DNA from: a virus | Lineage: Duplodnaviria; Caudoviricetes | Reading direction: 5' to 3' (one strand) | Virus record (IMG/VR): IMGVR_UViG_3300033388_005412 | Span: 1-64,000 of that record | Length of the DNA: 64,000 nt | Shown here: in pieces, positions 27,670 to 38,400 of the stretch | How positions within the stretch are numbered: the stretch's first letter is position 1 | Layout: each line of letters opens with the position of its first letter | Program-made: the position numbers and the translations under genes | The notes under the pieces: model-generated | The model's database searches: none | The model's input: only the letters and a program-made list of their open reading frames with translations | What the model was told of the DNA's origin: nothing

Positions 27670-28050
27670 ATGAGTGAAAAAAACGAAGATAATCGCGGAA
27701 ATAAAGATAATAAAGTAATTATAATACAATATAAAACACCGCTTCGTAATTTAAAGAAAACAGAACTATTAGATGGCGAATGTACGTCCAATTTAAGAGA
27801 TAGACAAAATCCGGAACCGGTATTTATAATAAGAATTGATAAAAGAATAAGGGGATTTCGCAGATTTGAAACATTAGTTCATGAATTTGTTCATCGTGCG
27901 TGCGAGGAAGTATTCGGCTACCAGGGTGATGAATCAATAGTCGAGGATATAGCTGTTTATGCTAGAGATGAATATGAAAAATATCTGAAAAGATATAAAA
28001 CTATTGAAAATACCAAAAGTTTAAAGACAATAGGTAAGAAGGCATCTTAA
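27670..28050 (+). CDS. HExxH zinc-metallopeptidase-like protein
   Basis: IRIDKR...FETLVHEFVH. Confidence 0.6.
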   Translation: MSEKNEDNRGNKDNKVIIIQYKTPLRNLKKTELLDGECTSNLRDRQNPEPVFIIRIDKRIRGFRRFETLVHEFVHRACEEVFGYQGDESIVEDIAVYARDEYEKYLKRYKTIENTKSLKTIGKKAS

Positions 28051-28054
28051 AAAA

Positions 28055-28288
28055 ATGGATGATATTAGCAACACAATCGAGCATACAGGCTATAAACCCA
28101 CCGGGTCCGACAAATGGTCTGATTGGGTATATCACGCGGCTCAGGCCCTTAAAGAGCTTTCTATGGCAGAAGATCACCTAATTGCGGAACTTTCAAGCAA
28201 TCCATCCGATATCACGGGTACTTTAAGAGAAATACTTGGAAAAATTAGAAATATTAGAAAGCAGATAGAAAAGGGGGTAACAGGTTGA
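28055..28288 (+). CDS. hypothetical protein
   Basis: ORF. Confidence 0.6.
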   Translation: MDDISNTIEHTGYKPTGSDKWSDWVYHAAQALKELSMAEDHLIAELSSNPSDITGTLREILGKIRNIRKQIEKGVTG

Positions 28289-28446
28289 GCAAAGGCTGTT
28301 TACGTTGTGCTCTTAAACATTTATTAAAAGCAAAGGGTTATACTGAAGAATCATTATCTTTTGGAATGAATGTTCCAGTAGACTTGAATCAAATGGATCA
28401 TATTATGTTGGATCTTATTAACTACATAAAGGAAATGAAAAAATGA
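28285..28446 (+). CDS. small hypothetical protein (53 aa, TTG start, not in ORF track)
   Basis: MSKGCLRCALKHLLKAKGY...; overlaps both neighbours by 4 nt. Confidence 0.5.
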   Translation: MSKGCLRCALKHLLKAKGYTEESLSFGMNVPVDLNQMDHIMLDLINYIKEMKK

Positions 28447-28637
28447 CATATTGTATAAGGCCTGAAAAATGGAACCCCGTGTATATTATAGACGCGGAAT
28501 GGGAAGCCCCGGCTGGCCAATGGTTCATTTTTAAAAAAGAATACCTTGTTTTAGACAATACTTTCGAAATGAATAAATCCACAGCTGCGGACTTAGTTAA
28601 AAGAAATATTTTGAAACGGGATAAACCTCCGTTTTGA
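28443..28637 (+). CDS. hypothetical protein
   Basis: Last ORF of + block. Confidence 0.6.
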   Translation: MTYCIRPEKWNPVYIIDAEWEAPAGQWFIFKKEYLVLDNTFEMNKSTAADLVKRNILKRDKPPF

Positions 28638-28656
28638 ACCGGCTACAGTAATTACT

Positions 28657-29085
28657 TCAGTTTTTATATTTGAATGATCCAGTTAAATGCTCAATCAATT
28701 CATCAACCCGGCAGTTAATCATATCCAACATAACATTATACATTTTAGTATTATGAACATATTCTTCCATAATAGACAATATAGACTGTCTTAATGGCTC
28801 GGTCATACAGTGCAATAGTTCATGCATTACAGTTTTTTCTAAATCATTATTTATATGTTCGGGATTGAATATTATATGAATCTGTCTTAGTGGATAACCC
28901 ATGTGCGCAAAAGCATAACTATCTACTTTTCCGAATTGTTTTTCGTATTCTTTTATATCTTCTTTTTTTCCAATTTTATATGAAATTCTATAACCATCTA
29001 AAAGAAATATTTTTTTCCATTTTTCGATATATTTTTTTATCCGTTTATTTTTGTTTTTTGAAATTATATTACTGGTATGTTTCAT
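28657..29085 (-). CDS. HExxH zinc-metallopeptidase-like protein
   Basis: IHIIFN...LEKTVMHELLHC. Confidence 0.65.
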   Translation of the reverse strand: MKHTSNIISKNKNKRIKKYIEKWKKIFLLDGYRISYKIGKKEDIKEYEKQFGKVDSYAFAHMGYPLRQIHIIFNPEHINNDLEKTVMHELLHCMTEPLRQSILSIMEEYVHNTKMYNVMLDMINCRVDELIEHLTGSFKYKN

Positions 29086-29825
29086 ATTATAAAATCATTT
29101 AAATCCATTTCCGAATCAACTAGCTTTTGCCTGGCACCTAATTTTATTCTATTTATTTGCATAGGCTGCACATCAATTATATCTGCTATTTCATAATCGC
29201 GCATTTTTTTTCCATATGATAAGTATAAAATATATTTTTCGAAGTTTGTTAGATCTGTTTTATCGGACATACATAAATTTTCAAACTTGTCACTTTTTTC
29301 ATCGGCATTATTATAACTATCATAATCATCATATAGCAACTCATCATCGGTCATCCAGTCCAGCTTCATATCATTAATAATATCCGGTATGAAATCAATT
29401 TTCAAAGTATTGAAAACATCAGACGATATTTTTCGTATCCAATCTCTGACAGAAAATTTAAAATAATTATACAAGTATCCTGTAAAACATGGTCCGTTTT
29501 CTCGTTTAACAAATTGTTTGACATTTTTTAAAAATAAAAGACCAAGATCACTTTTTATATCATCATATGAATAATTTTGAAATATGATCCTAATGGCATC
29601 AGTTCCTGATTCGCTACTATTTTTATTATTAAGCATTCCTATTAAGCATATGATATCTTTATCTTTTGGTTTGAACTTTCCAAATTTTAAAAAATTAGCA
29701 TATTTCGCAATGTATCCGGAAAACGCGTTGAATAATTCTAATAGATAATCTTTCTTACCGTATTTACGATATTTGAATAATAAATCATCTATTTCTTCGA
29801 TAGTATATTTTTTTCTATTTTTCAT
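29082..29825 (-). CDS. RNA polymerase sigma-factor-like protein
   Basis: Region-2-like DDIKSDLGLLFLK..KQF...FTGYL; region-4 LTNFEKYILYLSY..MRDYEIADII.VQPMQINRIK. Confidence 0.7.
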   Translation of the reverse strand: MKNRKKYTIEEIDDLLFKYRKYGKKDYLLELFNAFSGYIAKYANFLKFGKFKPKDKDIICLIGMLNNKNSSESGTDAIRIIFQNYSYDDIKSDLGLLFLKNVKQFVKRENGPCFTGYLYNYFKFSVRDWIRKISSDVFNTLKIDFIPDIINDMKLDWMTDDELLYDDYDSYNNADEKSDKFENLCMSDKTDLTNFEKYILYLSYGKKMRDYEIADIIDVQPMQINRIKLGARQKLVDSEMDLNDFII

Positions 29826-30147
29826 TTTTTGTACTGTCCTTTTTTATTTTTTCAGCTTTCATCTTTTCGGCGGCCTGTTCCATTTGTATTTTATTCTGCT
29901 GTATTTGAGACATGATAAATTTTTGTAAAGTTGCGATGTCTATGAATCCGAATTTACCGGCAAAATAATTTCTAATCATATTCATCCATTTCCATTTATA
30001 TTCAAATGATTGTCTATGTGATAAATATAATATCAAGGAATTTAATACTGTATTTGTCTTTGTGATTTCAGTTCTGAATTCGGAACTTAGTCTCGCAATT
30101 TCTTTTTCAAATTTCCTAAATGTTCCAAATAATTCTCCGTCTCGCAT
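29815..30147 (-). CDS. hypothetical protein
   Basis: ORF. Confidence 0.65.
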   Translation of the reverse strand: MRDGELFGTFRKFEKEIARLSSEFRTEITKTNTVLNSLILYLSHRQSFEYKWKWMNMIRNYFAGKFGFIDIATLQKFIMSQIQQNKIQMEQAAEKMKAEKIKKDSTKNEK

Positions 30148-30155
30148 TTTTCCCC

Positions 30156-30443
30156 CTATTCTTCTAATAATCCCATCGCTTCTTCCAGTTGTTCTTTAAT
30201 ATTAGCAATTACTTCACATCCTTCGCCGTCAGTTTTCTCAATAATTTTATCCAGTTTATGAAGCGCTTCTTTTATATCATTCTCAACCCAGTCTTTTCTG
30301 AATTTTTTCGCGTATTTTTGGGCCCACTTGTAAATAAATTCTTTGCCGGGATCATGTTTTAATTTCTCACCTTCTTCATATTTAGCTTTGTTTATCAATT
30401 CGAGCTCTCTTTTTATATATTCATGCTGACGTTCTTTTTTCAT
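30156..30443 (-). CDS. hypothetical protein
   Basis: ORF behind promoter; EGEKLKHDPGKEFIYKW. Confidence 0.7.
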   Translation of the reverse strand: MKKERQHEYIKRELELINKAKYEEGEKLKHDPGKEFIYKWAQKYAKKFRKDWVENDIKEALHKLDKIIEKTDGEGCEVIANIKEQLEEAMGLLEE

Positions 30444-30467
30444 ATTTTTTTATGCTCCCCCTATATT

Positions 30468-30496
30468 ATTATACTTTACTATGTAACCTAAGTCAA
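30468..30496 (-). promoter_or_regulatory. sigma70 promoter
   Basis: TTGACT-17-TATAAT on minus strand, GGGGGAG SD downstream. Confidence 0.85.
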
Positions 30497-30502
30497 TAGA
30501 CA

Positions 30503-30844
30503 TCATTTCTTACTTTCCTGGGGGGCATTATGTTTTAAATATTCACTACGGTAAAAATATAAGCCTCTGCCTAAAATTGTTTTAATTTTCTTAGGTGAGA
30601 ATATTGTTGTGTTCAATGTGATCCATTGATACATCCTGCCCCATTCTATATCATCTTCTATCTGATGCAGTGTCGCCGTATCCATTGATTTATTTTTTCC
30701 CCAGTGTATTTCTTCAATATAAAGGTTTCCGGTCTTTAATTGCAACAGACAGGCATAATCTTTCATACTGTCTGAAACAATTCCTAATAAAATAAAATTT
30801 GGGTTGCCTAATAAACCGTCTGGTGTGTCTGTAATCAGTTTCAT
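30503..30844 (-). CDS. hypothetical protein
   Basis: ORF, ATGA overlap. Confidence 0.65.
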   Translation of the reverse strand: MKLITDTPDGLLGNPNFILLGIVSDSMKDYACLLQLKTGNLYIEEIHWGKNKSMDTATLHQIEDDIEWGRMYQWITLNTTIFSPKKIKTILGRGLYFYRSEYLKHNAPQESKK

Positions 30845-31905
30845 TTTTTTAGTATTATTAGTTTTCTATTATTACTCATCAAATGCTCTTCTATTTTATC
30901 AAACTTTGTTATTTTTTCAATTATTAAATTTATGTTTATATCAGATGGAATCCATTTATATTGTTCTTCTTTTGAATGTGGTAATTCGTAAATTAAATAT
31001 TTAGTTTTTTGGGAAATTAATTTAAGAAACTCTTTAAATTCATTTAAAGAATGATTGCTAAAAAAATGATGAAAAACTGCCAATGCTAATATGCAGTCTA
31101 CTTCGTCATTGTTGTGTTTTATAAAAGAAAAAATATCTTCATTAAAACAAGAAAACCCTATGTTGGAGAGTAACATATTTGCAATTTTATATCTAATTGG
31201 ATTTGACTCAACCCCAATTCCTTTTTTCACCACATCTTTTAATTCGTAAAGGGTGTATCCATGACATATCCCTAAATCTATCATAGAGTGTAAATTATAT
31301 TTCATTGAAACTGTTTTCAATATATTTTCTTTTTTATTATCTCTTGATGAATTCCAATTATTAAAATCCGGGTGAGGTATAGGTTGATATAAATTTTTTC
31401 CTTTGTACATATTTTTTAATTCATTGATCAATTTTTCCCAATTAGGTGATCGTTCGCAAATTGTTAATTCAACTGGTTTTTTCATAAAAAGTAATATAGC
31501 AATACGATGATGACCATCATATAATGAAAAATAACCCTTATCGTTTATGCGAACCGGATAATGACCATAGTAGTGATAATGATTTTTTATTTTTTGATAA
31601 AGTATTTTTTCGCCATTATCATCTTTAAGTGTTTTCCAATTTGGAGCCATTTCATACATATTTATAAAGTTTTTATATTGTTTAATGATGTCTTCTTTGT
31701 TATTTAATATGCCATCCCAAACTGTTCCGTTTTTAGTTAGTTCATCAGAAAGCCATTTATAATAATCAGTATGTTCCATAGGCATGGCTGGATTATTTTG
31801 TAATTGAATTAAAGTTCTATAATGTGGTAATGATTTTATAAGTTTAATAAATTGTTGGCTCCATGGGTCATTGCCCAGCAAAACTTTTTTACGCAGGTTA
31901 GTCAT
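30841..31905 (-). CDS. ParB/Srx-like domain fused to class I SAM methyltransferase
   Basis: PVRIN..GYFSLYDGHHRIAIL; MIDLGICHGY...GIESN...DCILALAVFHH. Confidence 0.7.
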   Translation of the reverse strand: MTNLRKKVLLGNDPWSQQFIKLIKSLPHYRTLIQLQNNPAMPMEHTDYYKWLSDELTKNGTVWDGILNNKEDIIKQYKNFINMYEMAPNWKTLKDDNGEKILYQKIKNHYHYYGHYPVRINDKGYFSLYDGHHRIAILLFMKKPVELTICERSPNWEKLINELKNMYKGKNLYQPIPHPDFNNWNSSRDNKKENILKTVSMKYNLHSMIDLGICHGYTLYELKDVVKKGIGVESNPIRYKIANMLLSNIGFSCFNEDIFSFIKHNNDEVDCILALAVFHHFFSNHSLNEFKEFLKLISQKTKYLIYELPHSKEEQYKWIPSDININLIIEKITKFDKIEEHLMSNNRKLIILKK

Positions 31906-32432
31906 TTATTTGCCTCCATATTTAAACTTATCAACGTACCGTTGATTTTATCCATGTGTGGTATGTACGCTTGACTATAGTCATCGATATCCGCATGCTC
32001 TGTTTTTCTCCAATCAAATCGTCTAATTCTTTTTGCGCCCGCCAGTTCAAGAAATTTTTTTAAAGTTTGAAAATCAAATCCCGTATAATGAATATTGTAA
32101 AGATAATCTCCGCCTCCAAAAATAGGGCCAATAATAACAGACAGGTCTTTTGTTTTATTATATACATTAAACAAGCTTTCTATGTCTGGAACAGACAATC
32201 TCAATATTCCGCCGGGCTTTAAAACCCTTAACCATTCCTTAAGAATATCAACAATAATTTTACGGTGAAAATGTTCCAAAATATGACAGGCATAAACCAA
32301 ATCACAACTATTATCTTTTATCATAGGTAATCTATCAACGCTATTAACTATATCGATATGTGGAAAATTCATAATATCAATGTGCGTAAACCCTTTGATA
32401 AACTTGTTGCCACATCCCAAGTGTAATTTCAT
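31902..32432 (-). CDS. class I SAM methyltransferase (Methyltransf_11-like)
   Basis: MKLHLGCG...THIDI...VYACHILEH...EWLRVLKPGGILRLSVPD. Confidence 0.9.
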   Translation of the reverse strand: MKLHLGCGNKFIKGFTHIDIMNFPHIDIVNSVDRLPMIKDNSCDLVYACHILEHFHRKIIVDILKEWLRVLKPGGILRLSVPDIESLFNVYNKTKDLSVIIGPIFGGGDYLYNIHYTGFDFQTLKKFLELAGAKRIRRFDWRKTEHADIDDYSQAYIPHMDKINGTLISLNMEANK

Positions 32433-33379
32433 CTTTTATTCCTTTCGGCGAGGATACCCGATAATTTTATTAACTCTTCGTAATAGGGGGCGTCGCAATC
32501 GAGCCCTATATCTTTGCACAAAAACCTCATACATGATTCGTATGTTCTCATTCCAACCAATCTCTTTTGATTTTGCATAATTGCCCTCTGATAATTTAAT
32601 ATTTCCTGCGAACTCATGTTCTTTATATAATTAAGCAGTTTCTTCTCAGACCAAAAGTCTCTATAATCAATATAACAGCTTTTTGGAATAAATTCAGAAA
32701 TATCCATCGCTCCTAAATATACAGGAATACAGCCTGCTGCAATAATATCAAAAAGTTTTTCTGTTATATGTCCTATATCTAGCTGGCTTTCAATAGCTAA
32801 AGAAAATATATATTTCGAAAGCATTTTTACTTTTGCCGAATACCTCGGTAGATATTTGGCTATAGTTTCTTCATTCACAGCATGGTTTGTTATGTCATCT
32901 TTAATACGAATATTATATTGCCCATAAATATCAACCCCAAGGTTTTTAAAACAATTTATTATCTTTCCCTTTGGCTCTCCACGCAAATGATAATTAGTAG
33001 CCACTGTACAGAACAGCTTTTGGCGATTGCCGATGGGATAGCATTCTTTTTCTGTTATCCACAATGGAATTGGCATATATTTAACCGTATCATTGTCAAC
33101 ATCGGTAGATATATGCGTATATATTCTTCCAAATTGTTGCTGATATCTAACACCGAAACCGTGGGGTTGTCTATATCTTCCCTCGTAATGTATGAGAATT
33201 CTTTTTGAATAGTCAAATTTATTAATAATATCTGATAGAAGTTTTCTTTTTTCTATATCGTATGGCTGAAAAACAATTAACCAATCATCTTTTGTTGGAG
33301 AAACATCTGTCGTCGCATTTTTGACAACACCGCTGTTTAAGTACACCCCCCAACTCCAATAAGAAATAGAATAAATCAT
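32429..33379 (-). CDS. GT10 (fucosyltransferase-like) glycosyltransferase
   Basis: KYIFSLAIES...GHITEKLFDIIAAGCIPVYLGA..ISEFIP..CYIDYRDF. Confidence 0.8.
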   Translation of the reverse strand: MIYSISYWSWGVYLNSGVVKNATTDVSPTKDDWLIVFQPYDIEKRKLLSDIINKFDYSKRILIHYEGRYRQPHGFGVRYQQQFGRIYTHISTDVDNDTVKYMPIPLWITEKECYPIGNRQKLFCTVATNYHLRGEPKGKIINCFKNLGVDIYGQYNIRIKDDITNHAVNEETIAKYLPRYSAKVKMLSKYIFSLAIESQLDIGHITEKLFDIIAAGCIPVYLGAMDISEFIPKSCYIDYRDFWSEKKLLNYIKNMSSQEILNYQRAIMQNQKRLVGMRTYESCMRFLCKDIGLDCDAPYYEELIKLSGILAERNKR

Positions 33380-33633
33380 TTATTGTTCTCTGCTCTCTTC
33401 CACTCTTCGATTGTTACCAAATTCAATATTTCTTTTCTACGCTTGCAAAGGAAATTAAAGTTAACATCTTTATCAGCACATTTTAATAACTTTTGTCTTC
33501 CGTTTGGCTTAATAACACCGATTCCTTCATCTATATCTATCGTACATAGCGATATGTTTTCCATCGTTCTTCTACATGATAAAATTGCCTTCCACACAGA
33601 CCCGTTCCAATGATTAACAACTACATGTTCCAT
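33376..33633 (-). pseudogene. C-terminal fragment of a class I methyltransferase-like protein
   Basis: REEHQ...HWNGSVWKAI...TIDIDEGIGVIK...RKEILNLVTIEEW resembles the tail of small glycan-cluster methyltransferases; no SAM motif present. Confidence 0.45.
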
Positions 33634-33827
33634 TTGGTGTTCTTCTCTACGCCATCGGCTTTATTCCAAATAGATTTGCCTGGCCAGAAAACATTTACTT
33701 TTTCAGAAATTTTTTTGTGAATTAATAACAAACTATTAAAAATTACTGTGGCATTAGACAACAATCCGCAATCATGTTTATCAAGAATTAATGTGTTTGT
33801 TTTTTGATTATAAGTAGTGCCGTACAT
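33621..33827 (-). pseudogene. short ORF, probable N-terminal gene remnant
   Basis: 68 aa with HDCGLLSNATV segment; ends inside the next fragment in another frame. Confidence 0.35.
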
Positions 33828-33833
33828 ATGATA

Positions 33834-35462
33834 TCACATCCATAACCAATTTCTAAAACACTTTGCACACATATTGTGTTTTTGATTTACAAAATCTTCT
33901 CTAAATTTTTGGCAATATTCATTATTCCACACAACAGGGTCTTTTATATTTCCATAAGCCGAATTACAAGGCAAAACAGAATTACAAATTGATATACTCC
34001 CGTTTCCATCAATTGCTATCATATCCCATGGTGATTGGCATGTTTGATTACCACCATTTTTATCTATTAAAGTTGGATATTTTTTTACAATATCAGCATT
34101 ATCTAGTTGTTTAATCTGATCAATATGCTGTTTATAATCTTTGGTTAAAACTAATTTCCAAAAATCTTTATTTTCAATATCATTAAAATGTGGTAATAAA
34201 TTATGCAAATGAACATTTTTAACACCTATAGATTTTATTAATTTTAATAATTGTGGAACAAATACTATATTTTCAGTAGTTACCACAGAACTAACATAAC
34301 ACGGTATTTCAGATTTTGCCACTAATTCAATACCTTTGATTACTCTATCCCATATATCAATTTTTGTTATTTTTTGATGTTCTTCTTTACAATGTGCATT
34401 TAGGCTTATAGAAATATAATCAGGCCTATGTTTACCTAATAAAGTATGAAATTTTTCAAGTAAAAATGAACCATTAGTAATTAATCCAACACTTTTATTT
34501 TGGTATTTTAATGTATTTATCACTGGAATTAAATTTGGACTTGACATTGGTTCACCATAACCACAGATACAAACACCTTTAATTGATGGAAGTTTTTTTA
34601 GCAAATAATCAGTAAGTTTTGGTGTTATGTCAGGAGCGTGCTCTATAAAATTATGTTGCCGATAACACCATTCGCATTTAAAATTACATTTATCTGTCAT
34701 ATAAATAGTTGCTTGCGTTGGACCTTTCATAAATTCTTCCAATCTTTTATATTCAAATCTTTTTTTTCTTATGTTTTTTTCTTCTTTTATGATTTTATTA
34801 GAATTTATACTAGCAAGCATACCAGCTATAGCATATAAATTTAAAATATTTGGGTTTTTTTTAAATATGTTAAATAGCATTTGGGGAACATCTTTTAACC
34901 ATCTATATCTGTAAATTTTAAATTTTTCCATTAAATTGTAATATCTTTCGAAAATACTTTCATTTGTCCATTTAGGACTATGTTTTCCAATACATTGTTC
35001 TATTATACAGCACCCATTGGAATCGTTATTAATATTATAACCATCTTTCTGTATTCTTTCCAATTGTTCCATTTCAGAACTTGGGTGTTTTAAATTATAT
35101 GGGTAATTTTTAAATATATTATATTTGTAAATCTTTATACCATATATTTTAAAATTCAAATGAATATCTAATAACTGAAAACATTTAAAAACACTTGAAT
35201 CAGTTTCGTCTTGTATTGAATTATACATAGTTTCAATAGCTGTTGGATATAAAATCATATCAGAATCGCATTCAATGTAAAATTTTGTTTCGCACTGATT
35301 AAGCATTTTCTGAAAAGCAGCAGACATTGGACTAATATTTTTAATTATTTTCAATGTAAACTTGACAGTTTGTTGGTTTAATGCATCTAAACAATCTTCA
35401 TAATTTAGATCAACACCAGATGTTATTAAAAAAACGGTTAAATTTTCACTTAAATCTATCAT
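33834..35462 (-). CDS. GT-A-like glycosyltransferase domain fused to radical SAM and SPASM/twitch domains
   Basis: N-term FYIECDSDMILY (DxD); CNFKCEWC; GYGEPM; CQSPW...ICNSVLPC...CAKC; start moved to ATG 35462. Confidence 0.85.
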   Translation of the reverse strand: MIDLSENLTVFLITSGVDLNYEDCLDALNQQTVKFTLKIIKNISPMSAAFQKMLNQCETKFYIECDSDMILYPTAIETMYNSIQDETDSSVFKCFQLLDIHLNFKIYGIKIYKYNIFKNYPYNLKHPSSEMEQLERIQKDGYNINNDSNGCCIIEQCIGKHSPKWTNESIFERYYNLMEKFKIYRYRWLKDVPQMLFNIFKKNPNILNLYAIAGMLASINSNKIIKEEKNIRKKRFEYKRLEEFMKGPTQATIYMTDKCNFKCEWCYRQHNFIEHAPDITPKLTDYLLKKLPSIKGVCICGYGEPMSSPNLIPVINTLKYQNKSVGLITNGSFLLEKFHTLLGKHRPDYISISLNAHCKEEHQKITKIDIWDRVIKGIELVAKSEIPCYVSSVVTTENIVFVPQLLKLIKSIGVKNVHLHNLLPHFNDIENKDFWKLVLTKDYKQHIDQIKQLDNADIVKKYPTLIDKNGGNQTCQSPWDMIAIDGNGSISICNSVLPCNSAYGNIKDPVVWNNEYCQKFREDFVNQKHNMCAKCFRNWLWM

Positions 35463-35463
35463 T

Positions 35464-38400
35464 TTATATATTATTAATTTTATCCCTTCGTTTGGAATGT
35501 ATTTGATGAAATTTTTCCATATCACCTAAAATAAAACATTCCCATATATCAGCAACAATATCCCAACTCCACCCAGCCACAATTATTTTTCTATTCGATA
35601 ATCCCGCTTGTTTCATTCTTTCCGGATCTTTTATCATTTTTATTATACCATCAGCTAATGAGTCAACATCTCTATTAACAATGCAATTTAAATAACTTAT
35701 GTTTATTTCTGAAGTTACACCTACTTCTGTTGAAACAAATGGAATACCACATGCACATGTTTCCACCAACGGTGTCGGTAGCCCCTCATTCGATGACGCA
35801 CAAATGTATAAATCAATATCAGAATAAAATTCCGGCATTTTTTCGTGGGGAATTAAGTTTTCATATCCATGTGTTTTAAAAATAACATTCGGATATTGTT
35901 TCTTTACAATATCTATTGCCGGAATGATAATATCATAATATCCTTTTAGTTTTTTATTTTTATTACCCACCCAACCTATAGTAATTGCATTATTTTCCAA
36001 TATATTATGAAATTTAAACATATTCGTATCAATTCCAGATGGTAAATAATACGCATCTATACTATGTTTATCTTTCCATGCTTGTATTATATTTTCAGAT
36101 ATTGTGCTATGTCTTAAACCATTTTGTATAAATTGAATTTCATTTTTTATCCATATGTTTCCGCTAATTTCGCTATTCTCAAGACCTATGCTATAAGGAT
36201 TATGATGAACCATTGTCACATTTGGTCTATTTAATAATGCGGGTGCAAAATTTGCACGGGACATACCAAATGAGGCCATAGCAAATATCATATCATATTT
36301 TTCTAGATTTAAAGTTAAAAATTCTCTCATGGAATATGCTGTGTAATTAACATCTGATTTTATATTATTTATGAATCCCTTTGCCTGGGAATGAATTGCC
36401 CAATCGGGGGAGTCATAAATCAAAGCAATATTTAAATTTCCCTTTCCTTTTTTTTGAATATAGTTTTTTTTACTTTCTAATATATTATTTAGAAATTCTT
36501 TTGACCTTATTTGCGGTGCAGCTGATTCATGATCCTGATGAATAAATTCAGATACTTTATCCCTTATTGTTTTTATGTTTTCAGCGCCGCATTTCCAAAA
36601 CATAAAATTATCTTCACCGCCCCATTGCTGAAAACTTTCCGGCCATTTTCCTATTTTTTCAAAGTCTGTTTTGTGTATTCCGCAATTACCATATCCGCCT
36701 TTGCGCCATCCTAGTTTATCAGCACACTGTAAAGTTTTCTCATTTTTACAAATAGGAAAACAAGCTTGATTTTCTTTAATATTTGATGACATAATATCTG
36801 TAAAATTTTCAGGAAAAAGCATGTCAGCATCAGTAAAAAATAGCCGACTGTATTTAGCAACTGCCGCACCGGCATTTAACCCACAGGATCGGTTAAATTC
36901 TTTTTCATTTTGTACAATTCTTATAGGAAATTTAAATTTTTGGCGTAAATCATTGAAATCAATATCTGTTGAGTGGAAATCCGATATAATTATTTCGAAG
37001 TTTTTATAATTTTGATTTGATATTGTTTCAAACATACGATGTAACATAGAAGCTCTATTTTTTAGTGTTAATATAATAGACACATTTTCTTTATTATCCA
37101 TGTGATGTTTCCTCTTTACAATGTTAACAGCGTCCGGCCAACTTATGACTGAACCACCTGTTATGCTGTTATCGCGAACATGCGCCATGAATAATGGTTC
37201 CGGAATATGTTTTCCAATCTTATTATTTTCTAACATAGTCAGCCAGAGATCCCAGTCCTGGGCACGTTGTATATAAGGGTCAAGCCCTGGAAAATCTTTT
37301 TTTCTGATAAGTGACATCATGCTTATGTAATTACTTTTTTTTAAATAACTGGCGTTAAAATTTATTGTTTTAAACGTATCATTTATTATTCCCTTTCTTT
37401 TATAATCAGAATACGCATAACTTATTTTTGGGTTATCTTTAAGAACACCTGCCATCTTTTCGAGCATCTGCGGATCCCATTCAGAATCAGCATCTGAGAA
37501 TAATAAATAATCACCTTTTGATTTTTCATATCCTTTTTCTCTCGCTATATTAGCATTTGTGTGTTTATTGCAATTTATTACTTTAAATTTATACCCATCT
37601 GCATATAATTCTTTCAATATATTTTCCGTATCATCTGTTGATCCGTCATTAACTATAATTATTTCAAAATGTTTGTATGTCTGATTATATATACTGCTTA
37701 TTAAATCCGGAAAATATTTACCACAGTTATATGTTGGTATGATAATACTAATTAACGGAGTGTCTGACGAAGTGTCTGACGAACCATTGTTAATTAGTAA
37801 ATTATTAGTATTTATTAGAACACTCTTATCCGGTTTATTAGATAATTTATCACACCACTTTGATTTAAACATATTCCGATCATCAATTAATCTCTCATCT
37901 CCAGATCTGCTTCTTGTTGCACATGTTATGTGTTTTGCCACAGCCTTATGCGCATATATTGTCTTATATCCAACATCTTCAGCCTTGAGGGAATAATCTA
38001 CATCACTTGATTCCATTTTATATTGTATTGAAAAACACCCAAGCTTATCAAATAAATCATGCCGCGTCATAAAACACGCGCCTGTGACAGCCTGAACTTC
38101 TTTTGTCTCATTGGCCTGAGGGTGGCCCCCTGGTTTACCAATATAAGAATGTTTACAATTGCATTGCTTATCTATTTCAATGCCGGCATGCTGAATTGTG
38201 CCATCTTGAAATAACAACTTGGCCCCGACAACACCAACTTTCGGTTTTGCCAGTTCTTCTACCATATTATTTAACCAGTCTATTTCCACAAAAGCATCAT
38301 TATTCAAAAAACAAAGTATATTATTTTTAGAATACTTTGCTCCGAGATTACAGAATCTAGAAAAATTAAATTCTTCCGGATGATTATAAACTCTGATGGC

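Noticed and set aside
28614-28634. AAACGG/CCGTTT hairpin as a terminator at the convergent junction
   Set aside because: Short stem with a 9-nt loop and weak U-tract, lying inside a CDS; not convincing.
37755-37780. 12-bp duplication GTGTCTGACGAA x2 in the giant GT
   Set aside because: In-frame linker duplication (SSDT x2) between domains; no evidence of function.
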